Shown one piece after another: positions 1 to 12,924 of a stretch of DNA of 64,000 nt. The translations under genes and the position numbers were made by a program. The DNA comes from Octopus vulgaris (lineage: Eukaryota). How positions within the stretch are numbered: the stretch's first letter is position 1; each line of letters opens with the position of its first letter. The notes under the pieces are model-generated. The model saw nothing but the letters and a program-made list of their open reading frames with translations. It ran no database searches and was not told where the DNA came from. The stretch covers positions 29,388,001 to 29,452,000 of the forward strand of contig OX597818.1 of NCBI GenBank assembly GCA_951406725.2, given 5' to 3'.

Positions 1-1423
1 GCATTTTAAATTAACCAAGTGCCAATAATAACCCTTCAGATATACCATTCTCCCTATTCTAAAAGGTCTAAGAAGCTATTAACTGATATTTTTCTCTTTA
101 CACAAACAAATATAGCCAAATATAAAGAAAACATTTAAATCTTTTACATCTTTTTTGTATCTGATACTCAAAAGCTTTATTTTTAAATAATTATTCAAAA
201 TGTTTTTGATAATGTATTTTGTACTCCATAACCTTTTCTGGAAGAATGGATACCACAGTCCTTGGTACTGCTTAGCCTATTCAAACAATTTCAAATGTGA
301 TAGCTATTGACTGTGGTTACACTGGTTTTGTGTATCAAAAATCATTTCTTTCTCTTTAGATATATTTGTCAGTATATCACTAGAAACAATACATGGAACT
401 GCAATTATAGTACACTGTTACAAATATTTATTTTTGGTAAGATTTTTTTTTAAATGTATATTTTATAAAGTAACAAGTTTTCAATAGAGCTTTTGGTAGC
501 ATTATAAGAACACAATACATTAAAGATTTTGGACAAGATTCTAGATATTATTTATGATTCAGATGTTCCTTTTCTATAAAGTGTGTTAAGTAATATACTG
601 ATTTTTTTTAATGCAAATTATAATGTTTCCAAGATTGATACAACGATACACTCTTGTAAGAATAAATAGCCGAGTGAATTAACCTCAGCACATGCCTTTA
701 TAAAGTTATCCATTATAACATATTAGTCACTCTTAACAAGTAAGTGAAATCTTGTGAGCATTCCATGTAGATCTTTACCAGTTCTATAGATTTGGACTAA
801 ATATCTAAAAATACCATTCCAGTAAGAGTTTCTATGTCATATGCAGCAACTGCATTGGCAAATTCTTATTCTTTTATGCTTATGGATGTCTACAAATAAG
901 CATTTGCCAACATGGAAGGAAGGCGCTAAACAATGATGATTAATGAAGTAAATCCAGTTAAATTCTTGTTTCTTTGTTTTCCAATGTGAATCATTATAAG
1001 ACAAACACAATATGGCTGTTAATTTGTTTACTTTTGGCACTTATGAGAGTTTGTTCTCCAGTTGTCTATAACTAGGCAACAGTTATGACTAATTTTAATT
1101 TGTTGATGAAGTTATCTTTTTTGTTTTTTCTTGTTTTTTGTTGTTTATTTTATTCATAAAACTATATACTAATCAAATCTGTTTCTGATGGGGTTTGGAC
1201 CCTATTAAGTAAATTTTTTTCAAACCATTTCCAGTTTTTGAAATTTGTCTCATCAAATTTGAAGTCTTGATCTTATTGCAGAAATTCTATATTATTTACT
1301 TTTTGACTTTTTGATCATTTTGACATCTGAAGTGTGGCACGCTTGTGCATTTGTACAGGCAATGTTGATTTGATAGAGGGAGTGAATAACTATGCAGCAT
1401 AAATATTTAATTATTATAAACAG

Positions 1424-1793
1424 GCATAGGAGTGGCTGTGTGGTTAGTACCTTGCTTATCAACCACATAGTTCCAGGTTCAGTCCCACTACATGGCATCT
1501 TGGGTAAGTGTCTTCTACTATAGCCTCGGGCTGACCAAAGCCTTGTGAGTGGATTTAGTAGACGGAAACTGAAAGAAGCCCATCATATATGTGTGTATGC
1601 ATGTATATGTTTGTGTCTCTGTATTTGTCCCCCCCCCCCAACATCACCTAACAACCGATGCTAGTGTGTTTGCATTCCCGTAACTTAGCAGTTCAGCAAA
1701 AGAGACTGATAAAATAAGTCCTGGGGTCGATCTGTTCGACTTAAAAGCGGTGCTCCAGAATGGCCACAGTCAAATGACAAACAAGTAAAAAGA
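1424..1793 (+). mobile_element. tRNA-derived SINE, family A
   Basis: A-box TGGCTGTGTGG, B-box GGTTCAGTCCC, body cttgggtaagtgtcttctactatagcc. Further copies at 14275-15212 and 20845-21275. Confidence 0.85.
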
Positions 1794-2706
1794 AACCATT
1801 TGTGCAGCAAAAACTGAACATTCATATGTCATCTTCAATGGGAGATTCTATTGTATATATATATAGTAAGAGGAGGGATATAATATCTAGGCAGATACCA
1901 AATTTCTGTATGTAAAATTCCAAGGCTGGTTCCTTCAGATAATGCATTTTTGGTTAACTTCCTTTAATTCCCATCTGATGTTACAGTTTATTCCTTGGCT
2001 ATTTAGAGTTTAAAGTACAATATTGATAATAAGGAGAATGAAGAATTTGATCATTCAAACTTTGTTTATTTCCAGTTAGTTTATTCATCATAATTTTTCG
2101 ACACATGTTTCAATCACATTAACTGCATATTTATATGCAGCAATTTATGCTTTATTAGTACACTCTCTTCAGGGTATATAAGTATGATATTGTTCAAACA
2201 GGAATTTTCATCCATTATTAGTTTGTATTAGGCTCAGTACTAAAAGTAGTAAACTATTATGTTCATAGATGAGCTGTTTTTCTCAACTGATTGTTTGGCA
2301 AATTTTCATCAGCAGCAACAGTGTTTGTGGAAGTTGACAAATATTCTTGACTAGTTGGGGAGTGGTTATTTATAGAATACTTTTCATTTGATTGATTCTA
2401 CATACTTTATAGTCACATGGTGTTTTGATGGATTTCAGAGTTGATTATATTATTTGAATTTTTGTGAAGGTTATTAATAGTAGTAGTGGATAATTTCTAT
2501 GCAATAAGAACCACTTGGATATTAAGAGAAGTAGTGAGTTGTATTTTAAATTCTTATTATTATTATTGTTATTTTAAAGTGTTAGAAGAATTTAAAATAC
2601 AACTCACTACTTCTTTTAATATTCATGTGGTTCTTACTGCATAGTAATTATCCACTACCACTATTAATAATCTTCACAAAAATTCAAATAATATAATCAA
2701 CTCTGA

Positions 2707-3346
2707 GGAATTTGAACCGTGTTTCGTGGTCTGCTACCACAACAGCTCCTTTATAGGATCCAGTTAGCTCAAGACATCATCAGGAGGAACCACATCCGGT
2801 TTCAGCCCCTACTCCTCTACCGTTTTGACGTTGCAGCCCCCCCCCCACCTTTCGGAGGTGTCTTCAGCTCTGGTGTTGGGTGCATGTCTTCTTTCTTCTT
2901 CTTCCTTCTATTCCTGGCCTCTTCAATGTAGCATCAACGAGTGTCAGTGGGTAACTGACTGTCTTTTCAAATTTCCCTTTAAATACCTGCTGGTAGGCTC
3001 CAGCAGGCAGCCCCAGCAAGTTGTCACATGACACTGTCTCAACTTTAACTGACCAATGAAGGTGCATAGTCTTAGTCCATGCATTCTCTAAACAAGACCG
3101 TCACCTGTCAATCAGCGAGGCTAATTCAGTGTCAGCTTGTCTCACCTAGTGATGTTATTTCCCACCGGCATGTTATGACTTTCAAGCCATTTTTGGTCTT
3201 CCCGCTTCAGCCATATATAGAAGCTGGCTTTTGCGACTGCTTCCTGTACTCTACTTATTAGTTTTCTCAGCTCCGAGCTAGAAAAAACAAATCTTCTTTT
3301 GAATAATGTTGTCATTTTTCTTTCAATGAAGCCCCTTTCCCCCAAG
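2707..3346 (-). mobile_element. 5'-truncated Hero-like (RLE) non-LTR retrotransposon: ORF end plus 3' UTR
   Basis: GERGFI...LRKLISRVQEAVAKASFYIWLKREDQKW resembles the C-terminus of Hero-clade RLE proteins (GxRGF...S(F/x)WLWxKR..W). Confidence 0.65.
2771..2822 (-). ncRNA. Candidate non-circularly permuted hammerhead ribozyme
   Basis: Minus strand reads CGGU-A-GAGGAGU, AGGGGCU-GAAA-CCG, GUUCCUC-CUGAUGA-UGUCUU. Stems I and III pair well; stem II is weak. Confidence 0.6.
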
Positions 3347-4090
3347 CCATGTGACTATAAAGTATGTAGAATCTATCAAATAAAAAGTATTCTATAAATA
3401 ACCACTCCCCAACTTGTCAAGAATATTTGTCAACTTCAACAAACACTGTTGCTGCTGATGAATTTTAGCCAAACAATCAGTTGAGAAAAACAGCCTATCA
3501 ATGAAAATAATGGTTTACTACTACTACTACTACTACTACTACTGAGCCTAATACAAACTAATAATGGATGAAAATCCCTTTTTGAACAATGTCGTACTTA
3601 TATACCCTGAAGAGATTGTACTAATAAAGCATAACTTGCTGCATATAAATATGCAACAAAATGCAGTTAATGTGATTGAAACATGTGTTGGAAAATTATG
3701 AATAAACTAACTGGAAATAAACAAAGTTTGAATGTTCAAATTTTTCATTCTCCTTATTATCAATATATGTGTGTGTGGAGAAAAGAATAAAAAAAAAATT
3801 TGATTTGATGGTTGAAAATGCACCTGAGTCTTAAAACATGTGGCCATTTTGAAACTGTATAACAGATTTATTAAAATACTAAATCAGTTTCAACAGTTTT
3901 TTTTTTGTTTGTTTATCAATGCTAAAAAAAATTTTAGGAAAGATTGAAGATGCAATGGAAAATTCAGAAAAATATGCGAAAAAGATCAAATGTTCATACA
4001 AATTCCAATATTCAATAATATATATATATATACATAAACATACACACACACATGCAACATCAGTATTATAATCCATGATAATATCACTTT

Positions 4091-4473
4091 GGTACTTCTT
4101 GTTTATCTCACCCCCATTAAAAAAATTGCCATTAAAAAATTGGGTTACCTCCCCACTAAAAAATTGAGTTTATGTGGCAACAAGAGATTGAATTAAAAGA
4201 GATCCTTTTGATACAATACTTCAACACATTGTTGACTTTTGGCCTCCTCAATAGGCATGGTATTATTTGTTATTAAAATGTCATCAGATTCAATAAGATG
4301 TTTAATTTTTTCAGTTTTCATGTTTATTAATTTTTAATTTTTTTGTTTTTTGTTTTATTGAGAGTTAAACAATTTTTTACTTGAGGGAGATAACCAAAAG
4401 TACTGATATTTCTTGTAAAACAAGGGGGAGATAGCTCAATTTTTTAATGGAGGTGAGATAGCCAAAAAGTACC
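4091..4473. mobile_element. MITE, Merlin-like
   Basis: ~38-bp imperfect TIRs beginning GGTAC, with an 8-bp TSD ATCACTTT at 4083-4090 and 4474-4481. Confidence 0.75.
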
Positions 4474-6057
4474 ATCACTTTTTTTATATTTAACATTTTC
4501 AATCCTTTTGAATCTAGAGCCAATTTTTTTCATTTATTTTTAATATTGATATATTTAGATTAAAATCCATTCTTTTTTGCATTGTGTGTATATTTTTGTT
4601 ACTCATGTTTAATCATTTTTATATAAAGGGATATTTTACTATATATATATATTGTCATCATAATATAAAATGAATGCTTATATATTGGTGGAATATCCCT
4701 AAAAAAATATGCATGATGAAAATGCCTACCTAAAGTAGACAATTAAAGATTTTTATTTTATTCCTTATATTGTAAGCATTGAATCAATAATACATGTATG
4801 TGATTTGTTAATGAATTCAATATTTTTTCATATTTCATTTATATTATAATTTTATTTTTATTAAGCAGCTTATTATCTTTGTTATATCACTCATTTGTGT
4901 TGTATAACCCTTAAATCAGCTAGTTGAGCTGACCTATGAGCCACAACTGCCCTATTCTTTTAAGAACATATCTAGAATAGATTATCTGATGTGTTCTTTT
5001 CTCTCCCAAGACATGAGGATGTAATTTGAGGGAGATTTGGCTGCATTTTCTAGAAAGTCTGATTACCATGAAGAGGCTTTCTCTCATTGGCTCAGCAAAA
5101 CACATTGTTTGGATACTAGTTTGCTTGATGAAGTGCCTGCCACTTTGCATACTATTAATGGCATACGTTCGTTTCCAGGCAGACACCTACTTTTAATGCA
5201 ATGCCATGATATTTTGAGTGGATATGTTGCACTATTGTAAGCAGTAGTGAAATGCTCGAGTTCATGAGTGCTAAATTAGCTTGCCAAACTGTGCTCAAGT
5301 CTTTCTATGGACCTGGAGGAAGTAGTAGGATATGTTCTAGTGTATTTCCCTTTAAATCCTTATTTGAGGATTTAGCTTTTAGGAGTTTCCAAGAACACAA
5401 CAGTTTATAGTTCATTATACTCTTCTCACATCCTACACATGGACTAAGTGAATTCTAACTAAATATTATATTTTTAAAGTTTCCTCTGAAACTGAATTAT
5501 ATTGACTACTTTCATAAAAACAAATTCTCAGGTTCATAAGAAATGGAGAGTATATGCAGTTATTCTTCTAAAAAATATTAACATTGTAAGAGAAATGAAA
5601 CTTCAATTGAAAATTAAAGCACCATACAAACTTGCCTCACAGATAGTTTGCATCTGCTCAACAGCACCCCTACTTAAAGCTAAATGATATTACAGTATAT
5701 AATTTGTAAATATTTACAAAAAATAAAGTGGTTAGCACTAGTAAAGGTATCAAATTATAAAATTATTATTTTCCTTGTAGAAGTCAGAGATAATGTTTTT
5801 TAATCCATAAATGAAACTGTGATTTTTATGAAATAAAAATAGAAGTGCATGGGTTACTTGCATATATATTTAAGATTATCATTGTTTGTGAACAGGTATC
5901 ACATTGTTTCTTGAACAAATACATGATTACTCTTATCTTAATCATCTGAAATATTTAATTTCTAAACAATTCTACAAACAAATAAGCAATCTTGTATATT
6001 TTAATTTTGTCCACTATTTCAGCAAGCACAGTGAAAGCTAGTCTTTGCTGATGAGAT

Positions 6058-6285
6058 AGTTCTATATTTAAGAGATGAGGAATTATGTACATTATTTACA
6101 TTTGATGGATATTTATCCTCCTCTTGTTTGTTGTTAACACATTTCAACTGATATACTCTTCAGCTTTCATCAGGTGTTTGGGGGAAATTTCGAACCTGGG
6201 TTCTCATTCCTAAGGTATTTTCGATGTTGTTGTTATTATTATTAGTAGTAGTAGTATTAGTATTCCGGTCACTGCCTGGAATCGA
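6058..6285 (-). mobile_element. tRNA-headed hammerhead element, 5'-truncated inverted copy with 3' tail
   Basis: Reverse-complement match to 6365-6550 and 16520-16753. Decayed CTGATGA...GAAA core at 6136-6178. Confidence 0.85.
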
Positions 6286-6316
6286 TTTATAAGCCTTAAA
6301 ATTCACTGCCCACGAG

Positions 6317-6550
6317 CATATGGCGTAGTGGTTAAGAGTGCAGGCTACTAACCCCAAGATTCCTAGTTCGATTCCAGGCAGTGACCTGAATAATAATAAT
6401 AACAATAATAACATAAAAAAATACCTTAGGAAGGAGTACCCAGGTTCAAAATTTCCCCAAGACGCCTGATGAAGGCTGGAGGGTATATCAGACAAAACAT
6501 GTTAACAACAAACAAAATGAAGACAAATATCAGTCAAATGTAAATAATGT
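6317..6550 (+). mobile_element. tRNA-headed hammerhead element, forward copy
   Basis: A-box TGGCGTAGTGG, B-box GTTCGATTCC, (AAT)n, then CTGATGA at 6466. The GAAA strand is mutated. Confidence 0.85.
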
Positions 6551-7923
6551 TTGCTGATGAGGTTGTGATAAAGCCAAAGCATGTTCACAGTTGACTCACA
6601 CACTTGCCAGAAAAAGGAAAATAATATTTGTGATTGACAAATAAAAATTCCTAAAATTGATTTTTTTTTAAATTTCGTAAGCTGCATAATTTCTTTCAGT
6701 ATTAATTTTTGCATAATATATATACTTGTATACCCTTGATTTTGTAAATCCATACTTATACAGGTGGAATGACCACATTTTTAGAGTCATTGTTTCACTT
6801 GTAGATGCCTTTCCTACTGCTAACCACTCAAACATGATGTAAGAGTACAACCTGTTTTTAAATATGCAAACTGAAGTGAGGAGAATTATGTGCCTTGCTC
6901 ATGGGCAGTGGTAGAAATGGATTTTGGAAACTAGGTATAAGATGAGGCTGTATCCAAGATTTATGTTCAGGAATCACAGAGATGGGCAGAGTGAACTTTT
7001 AATTTCTTAATTTAGCCTTAAATATGCTCATTCATCCCCAAGAATACTGTAAATCATATATTCATCTCCAAGACGTTAAAACAGTTCATAGAGCTCACAT
7101 TTTTATGTGAATCTAATATTTATAAAATCTCTTACTTTTGATGACAATCCAAGCCTCCCCACATTATCTTTAAGTAACTTTACATGAATGTTCACGACTT
7201 CACAATCTATTAAGGAACCAATTGAATTGTTTGCATAAGTAGATGAAGCCATATTATGTAATATATTTTTAAATGTACTTTGTTAGAATTTAATGTTTTG
7301 ATTGCAGTCCACTTGTTGGAATACGAGTACTTATTAAATCAGGAAAAAATGGAAATTATAATATTAATAATATAGATGACAGTAAAATAAATGAAGAGTT
7401 CAAACAAGGTATCTTTGTATTTAATTATAACAGTAAAGGTACTTTATAGAAAAGTTCTTACAACAGAAATATCATCTCAAAAATAGCAACAGTAAAATTA
7501 TTATGGCCAAAAGTGTTTATGTTGAAAATAAATGCAGCAAATACATGTACAACTGAAAATGTTTACATTAAATTCTATGAAATTCAATCAGTTCTCATTT
7601 AAAGAAAAACACTTAACCAATAGCTCATATGAACTGGTGCAAACCAGTTCTAATTACTATCATACTATGAAGAAAGAGACAAGATAATAGTCAAAGCCTT
7701 AGGGTTGAGATATAATAAAGTAAAACATCTGTTTTGTAAACTTGCAGATACTGATGCAAGTATCACATTTTGGTAGTTTCAGCCTGGCAGAAGATCGTGA
7801 TTCATTACCTCTGTAATTATTTCTTTAAAGTTTTATGCTTCTTCTGTGATATTCCACATTCAAATACTGTTTACATTACTAATAGTGAATTTTGTATTTA
7901 AATATTTATAATATCAGGCAATT

Positions 7924-8001
7924 TAATTTAATGAATAATTAAATACAAAAGGTGACTTAATCTAATTTAATGAATAATTAAATACAAAAGGTGACTTAAT
8001 C
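7924..8001. repeat. Perfect 39-bp tandem duplication
   Basis: taatttaatgaataattaaatacaaaaggtgacttaatc twice. Confidence 0.9.
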
Positions 8002-9689
8002 TAATCTCACATTACCCTATTTCATTCTTCACAAAGCCACACAGTGGTCATTCCCGTCTTCTAACTTTGAATATTCCAATCAAAATAATGAGCTTCTTTT
8101 CTGGTATATAGTATACTGGAAATTAATCTATATGATTTATTCTATTATTGGAAATAAAATATCCATACATAATTATCATAATTTTTTATTAATAGAAATT
8201 TTATAAATAATAAAATGTCTCTTTTCACAGACTTAAAGTGTACAAAATCCTGAGAAATTGAAAAATCAGCCAATGCCATACCTCTGCTTATCACTCTGCT
8301 TCCATCACTGCTCATGAATACAATACAATGGTCTAAGTAAGACTTAAATTTGTGATAATGTGGTCACTACTTCACTTTAATCCAACAGCTATTATGCCTG
8401 TTTTTCATTGTTTTAGTTTTGTTTCAAAGTTTATTTTTGTTATAATTTTAATTCTGTTAATAAATTTGAATTATACTTTTAAATACCCTTGTTTATTTTG
8501 TTTTGTCTTTCTATTTATCATTTCAATAGAATTTGATCTGACTTTATTCTAAGATACAAGAACATTCAAATCTAAATTGTAAGAACAGTTACTTGTTAAA
8601 AAAAAAATCTTAGACTTTGTATATAGGTACATGGATGTACATATATTTATCCAGATCCTCTTGTTATTGTATCTTGCTACTGAACTAATTAACAAACTGT
8701 CATATGATGACTGCTTTTTATGGCTTAGAGAGGAAAAAGCATACTCATGGCTCTGCAACTTGTGACATTGATGAGTTTATATTCAGCTCAGACAGCTATA
8801 AGTTGATGACATGAATAGAGACAGTTACTTGCATTACTGAAAGTGATATGCAAATTCCTAGTTCAGAGAAGCTGACTTATAGTAGCTACAGAAAAGGCAA
8901 AAACTGCTACTACAGGGAGCACATCTATGATCCAGAGTTTGGAAAATGGATTGGTGAGAGAGTTTTTGCCAATCACTTGAATGACCTTCTTTATGGATGT
9001 GAAGTAGGATGTGTAGGTGAGGTGCATGTATGCAATAGTATTATCCTAAATGTTGGAGCAATAATCTATTGTGGATATCTTACTTGAACACTTTAGAGGG
9101 CCAGCAACCGAACAGAGCTGAAGGAAGCATTTTCTTACCCTAAAGAGGAAAGCTAGTTTTTTGCTTTGTATTTTAGTTATGTATGTTGGATGAAGGTGGG
9201 TGACTGTCACCAGGAAAGCTCATCAGCAGTTAAAGGCCTTACATTGTTTCATTTACTTTACTGAGATCAGTATATTGAAATTTCCTTCTGTCACATTTAT
9301 ATATACATAAATTTGGAATTATAACCCATAATAATGTATTTGTAAATTTGTTTTAGCTCTTTTGAAAGCAGAGTACAACAATATAAGCAGAATATATTCT
9401 CATCTGGTAAGAATAAGATTGATCAATGTATATGGAAACAGAAGGAATACAATGATACTGATTATCTATATCAACAATATGACTGAGTTAAGAGATCAAG
9501 GAAGCATTAAATATACTAAATGCAAATATACTAGGGTCTCACATAAATAACATAGTGAATTGATCACTCTTAGTCTTTGCAACTGAGTAGAATATGCTTT
9601 ACTGAGATGGTTTCATAAGAAACAAACCTATCCAGTGGAGGATCCAGGTTTTTTTTGGTATGTTGACCAAAAGTTTTGAAAAAATTACC

Positions 9690-10040
9690 AGATGCTGTCA
9701 GTAAAGTGAGGGTTGGCAATGAGTATAGTGAAGAATTCTGGGTAGAAATAGGAGTTCACTAAGGATCAGTCCTCAGTCCCCCTCTTATTCATCATAGTCC
9801 TCCTGGCAATAACAGGAATTCAAGACAGGATTCCCTTGGGTGCTCCTCTATGCTGATGACCTTGCTCTAATAGCTGAGGCACTACCAGAACTAGAGAAGT
9901 TTCAGAGTCAACCTAGCAAAAACCAAACTCTTAGTAAGAAGGCAGCAAGTCACAAATCCCTTCAGATGGTCCTGCTCAAGTTGTAGAAAAGATGTAGGTA
10001 GAAACATCATATGATGTACCTAATGTAAGCTATGGACATA
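9690..10040 (+). mobile_element. RTE-type LINE reverse transcriptase fragment
   Basis: Frameshifted SKVRVGNEYSEEF..GVH*GSVLSP..PWVLLYADDLALIAE. Confidence 0.85.
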
Positions 10041-10314
10041 AGCCACCTGACTGGCTCCTATGCCAGTGGCACATAAAAAATCACCATCTGAACATGGTTG
10101 ATGCCAGTGCTGCCTGACTGGCTCCCATGCCAGTGGTACTTAAAAAGCACCCACTACATTCTCAGAGTGGTTGGCATTAGGAAGGGCATGCAGCTGTAGA
10201 AATCTTTCCAGATCAGATTGGAGCCTGGTGCAGCCTTCTGGTTTGCTAATCCTCAGTCAAACCGCCCAACTCATACTGGCATGGAAAGCAGATGTTAAAC
10301 AAAGATGATGATGA
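10041..10314 (+). mobile_element. Short retroposon, family B (tandem units plus (GAT)n tail)
   Basis: ggcattaggaagggcat.cagctgtagaaa core and gatgatgat tail. Second copy at 14520-15056. Confidence 0.75.
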
Positions 10315-11189
10315 AGGTGGGATTGCAATTCGTTACAAATGGACACGTTTTTATGTATTCTAACTTTGTTGTAGCAGACCATATGCGTATGAAACAGTAA
10401 TACTGTGAAACTGATAGAAATAAAATAACAATGTTATATAAACCTTGTTCCCAATTTTTTTGAGGTGGGCTCAGCTAGAAAGGGTGTTGCCCTGGCAACT
10501 AGTGCAATACTGCTACATCCACCACTGCCATTGCTTTCACTAGTCGTCCCTAAAAATCAATCTGCATTGTATATATTGCCTAAAACTTACATCAACCAAT
10601 TTTATTAGCATTATTGCTTGGTTGCTGTTTTTAGATTTGAAACATCCCTCAAAATCAAGATTTTGTCCACTGTCACTGGGTTAATCTCAGTCAATCAAAA
10701 ATTAAATTTGCTCTGTTACATCTATGAGATCTTATATTGGTATTTATTATGCTGAACACTTTCCTTGAGCTATTTTCCCTCAGTTACAGGTTAGTATTAA
10801 GCAGAGAGGTTTGAAGAAAGTATGAGAAAGGCAAACAATCAGAGAAAAGTAAAGTGAAATTGCAAGAGTAAGGCAGTTGATGCCAAAGCAACAAAATGCA
10901 TAGAGATGGAAGAAAGGGATTGCAATAATTTATACAGAAACTTAAAAACAGCTGACAGAAAAGTGCTAAAAGATTTCAATAGATTAAGGATTGTGTAGTA
11001 TACACAGGTTTGTGCATTACAACCAAACATATAAATATTCATTTGGAAGGTCCTTAAGCAAGTGCCTAAGTATTTCAGCAAATTATTCTCAATTCCGGCA
11101 AGGAGGAGAGGAAGCAAATACATACATATGTGCATGTGTGCATGCAAGCAACAGTTTATATTGGTAATATGTAATCCAGTACAATCTGT

Positions 11190-11420
11190 CACATGGCTAA
11201 GCTGTTGGACACTAAACTGGCAACCCTATGAAACCTACTTGGTAAAGAGGGTAGATTTTGTTGGACATCCTGCAAGATGAAAAACAAAACCTGCCAAGGG
11301 GCAATTGAACTCAATGAAACCAATAACCATCAAACAGAGAGAGATTCTAGTCTTTGTTTAGATGTCTCTCTAGGAGAAGGAAATTCCTAAACAACATCAC
11401 TTCATTGTGAAGCCAGATCT
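11190..11420 (+). repeat. Dispersed repeat, possibly a LINE 5' region, homologous to 22028-22330
   Basis: Shared taaactggcaaccc..gagggt..gttggaca..atgaaaaa..acctg..gaactca motif order. Confidence 0.55.
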
Positions 11421-12924
11421 CTTGCGCTTACTTGTTTTCTGGGCTACTTGGAAAAGAGACAGGAAATAAAAGTTGAAATAAATTTGTCTCTATGGAACTT
11501 TGAAAAATACTATTTCATACAACTAAGCCAAAAATTACACCAATTCACTGAGAAGATTGTACATATGTACTTGAATGAACAACTCATACTACAGATCAAA
11601 TAATTCACATTCAAAAACTTGCAAGGAGTACCAACAAGTTTATAACATACTGTGAAGAGTACTAGATGTAAGAAATCTCTATCAAGTCAAGTCACTACTA
11701 TGCAAACAAAAGAACAGTTGACAATAGATGTAGGGCAATGCGACTCTAAAATGAAAGAGTTACACGTTCTTATTAACTGTGAAAAATTTGAGATATTTTC
11801 TTTTATGATATGTGCTCACCAGAACAATGTAGAAGAGACTTAGAAGAGAAAAAACAGCAACAAAATTAAAATACAACCAACATGTGCTCTTTGTTTAGTA
11901 TGACAAAATAAAAATATTCTTTATTGTGCATACCAGATACCTATTTCAATAAAATCTATGTGCTTAAGAGAAAGAAGATAACTATGGACCACACATGAGT
12001 AGTTTGCAAATCAAATAATCAAAATATATTTTCAATATTACTAGCTGAGATACCCAGCATTGCTTGGGATTAAAATGGTACAGTTTGTGTATGTATATAT
12101 ATTACAGTTATGTTGAAACAGGTGATACAAGAAAGTGCAGCATTGACGACAAAACATTTGTGGAGTAAATGATGGTCTAATTCGACAAAGTTACATTTAA
12201 TATGTCTGTTTGGAGGATTCCATGCCCTAACCTATCATAGAAAATTGGGAGGGGGGTATGTAATTTTTGAACCCACCGAAAAGCTGTCAGTGGATATACT
12301 CACCTCTGAGGTGGTCAGCACTGCATCTAACATGATTCACTGTTTGGTTGACAGTCAAAAGAATGGAGGTGTAATGGAGATATTGTATATAAATGGGTAC
12401 ATTCCAGAAATTGGCTGCAATGGTAGATGCAGCTAGGAAGTGAACCGTTGAAATGCTGTTGAAAGCGAAGGGTTGACATTGGATTGCTGGTGTAGAATGA
12501 GAAACATAAAGTGAGCCTATGTAGTAATGAATTACTTGAAAAAATAAGGCACAATAGCTTACCGCATGGTATATATATATATATATAGTATGTCTGTATT
12601 TTTGTATGCAGTGTAAATTAATGAAACAGAAGCACATGTGTGGAACTACTAATTCAACAGTAAATGCTACAAAAATTATTACAGAGAGACAAAGAATTAT
12701 ATATATATATATATAGGATAAATTTCTTAATGTAAAGGTAAATATGTAATTGTAAATACCTTGCAACCTTGCAACTACTGCAATAATTATTAACTGGAAA
12801 TGGAACAGTAAATGCATATTTTTATATATACCTTGGAACTTGCCACCTCATTTTTTTTCAAGAGTTTCACCTCTAGAACTCACATACATGCATTCAGGCA
12901 TGTCATTTGTCACATATGTATATG

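Larger units (their letters stand above)
2020..3766. repeat. Large foldback palindrome with an internal insertion
   Basis: 2020-2420 is the reverse complement of 3347-3766. 2435-2555 is the reverse complement of 2586-2706, with a ~30 nt loop. Confidence 0.9.

Noticed and set aside
4990-5410. Coding-looking stretch (EGDLAAFSRKSDYHEEAF..; MLEFMSAKLACQTVLKSFYGPGG..)
   Set aside because: Short frames ended by stops, no recognisable family and no consistent splice pairing.
6317-6390. tRNA-like heads here and at 16474, 19440 and 38290 as true tRNA genes
   Set aside because: No proper cloverleaf or terminator; each continues into a repeat body.
3455-6560. Other CTGATGA occurrences (about 3455, 6048, 6555)
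   Set aside because: No accompanying GAAA strand or pairing stems.
8231-8336. Plus-strand exon-like segment (ttttcacag..gtaaga)
   Set aside because: Stops in all three frames and no partner exons; cannot be supported without RNA data.
9633-10527. Possible hAT-like element (cagtggaggatccag / ctacatccaccactg) enclosing the RTE fragment
   Set aside because: TIR match is short and imperfect, with no TSD.
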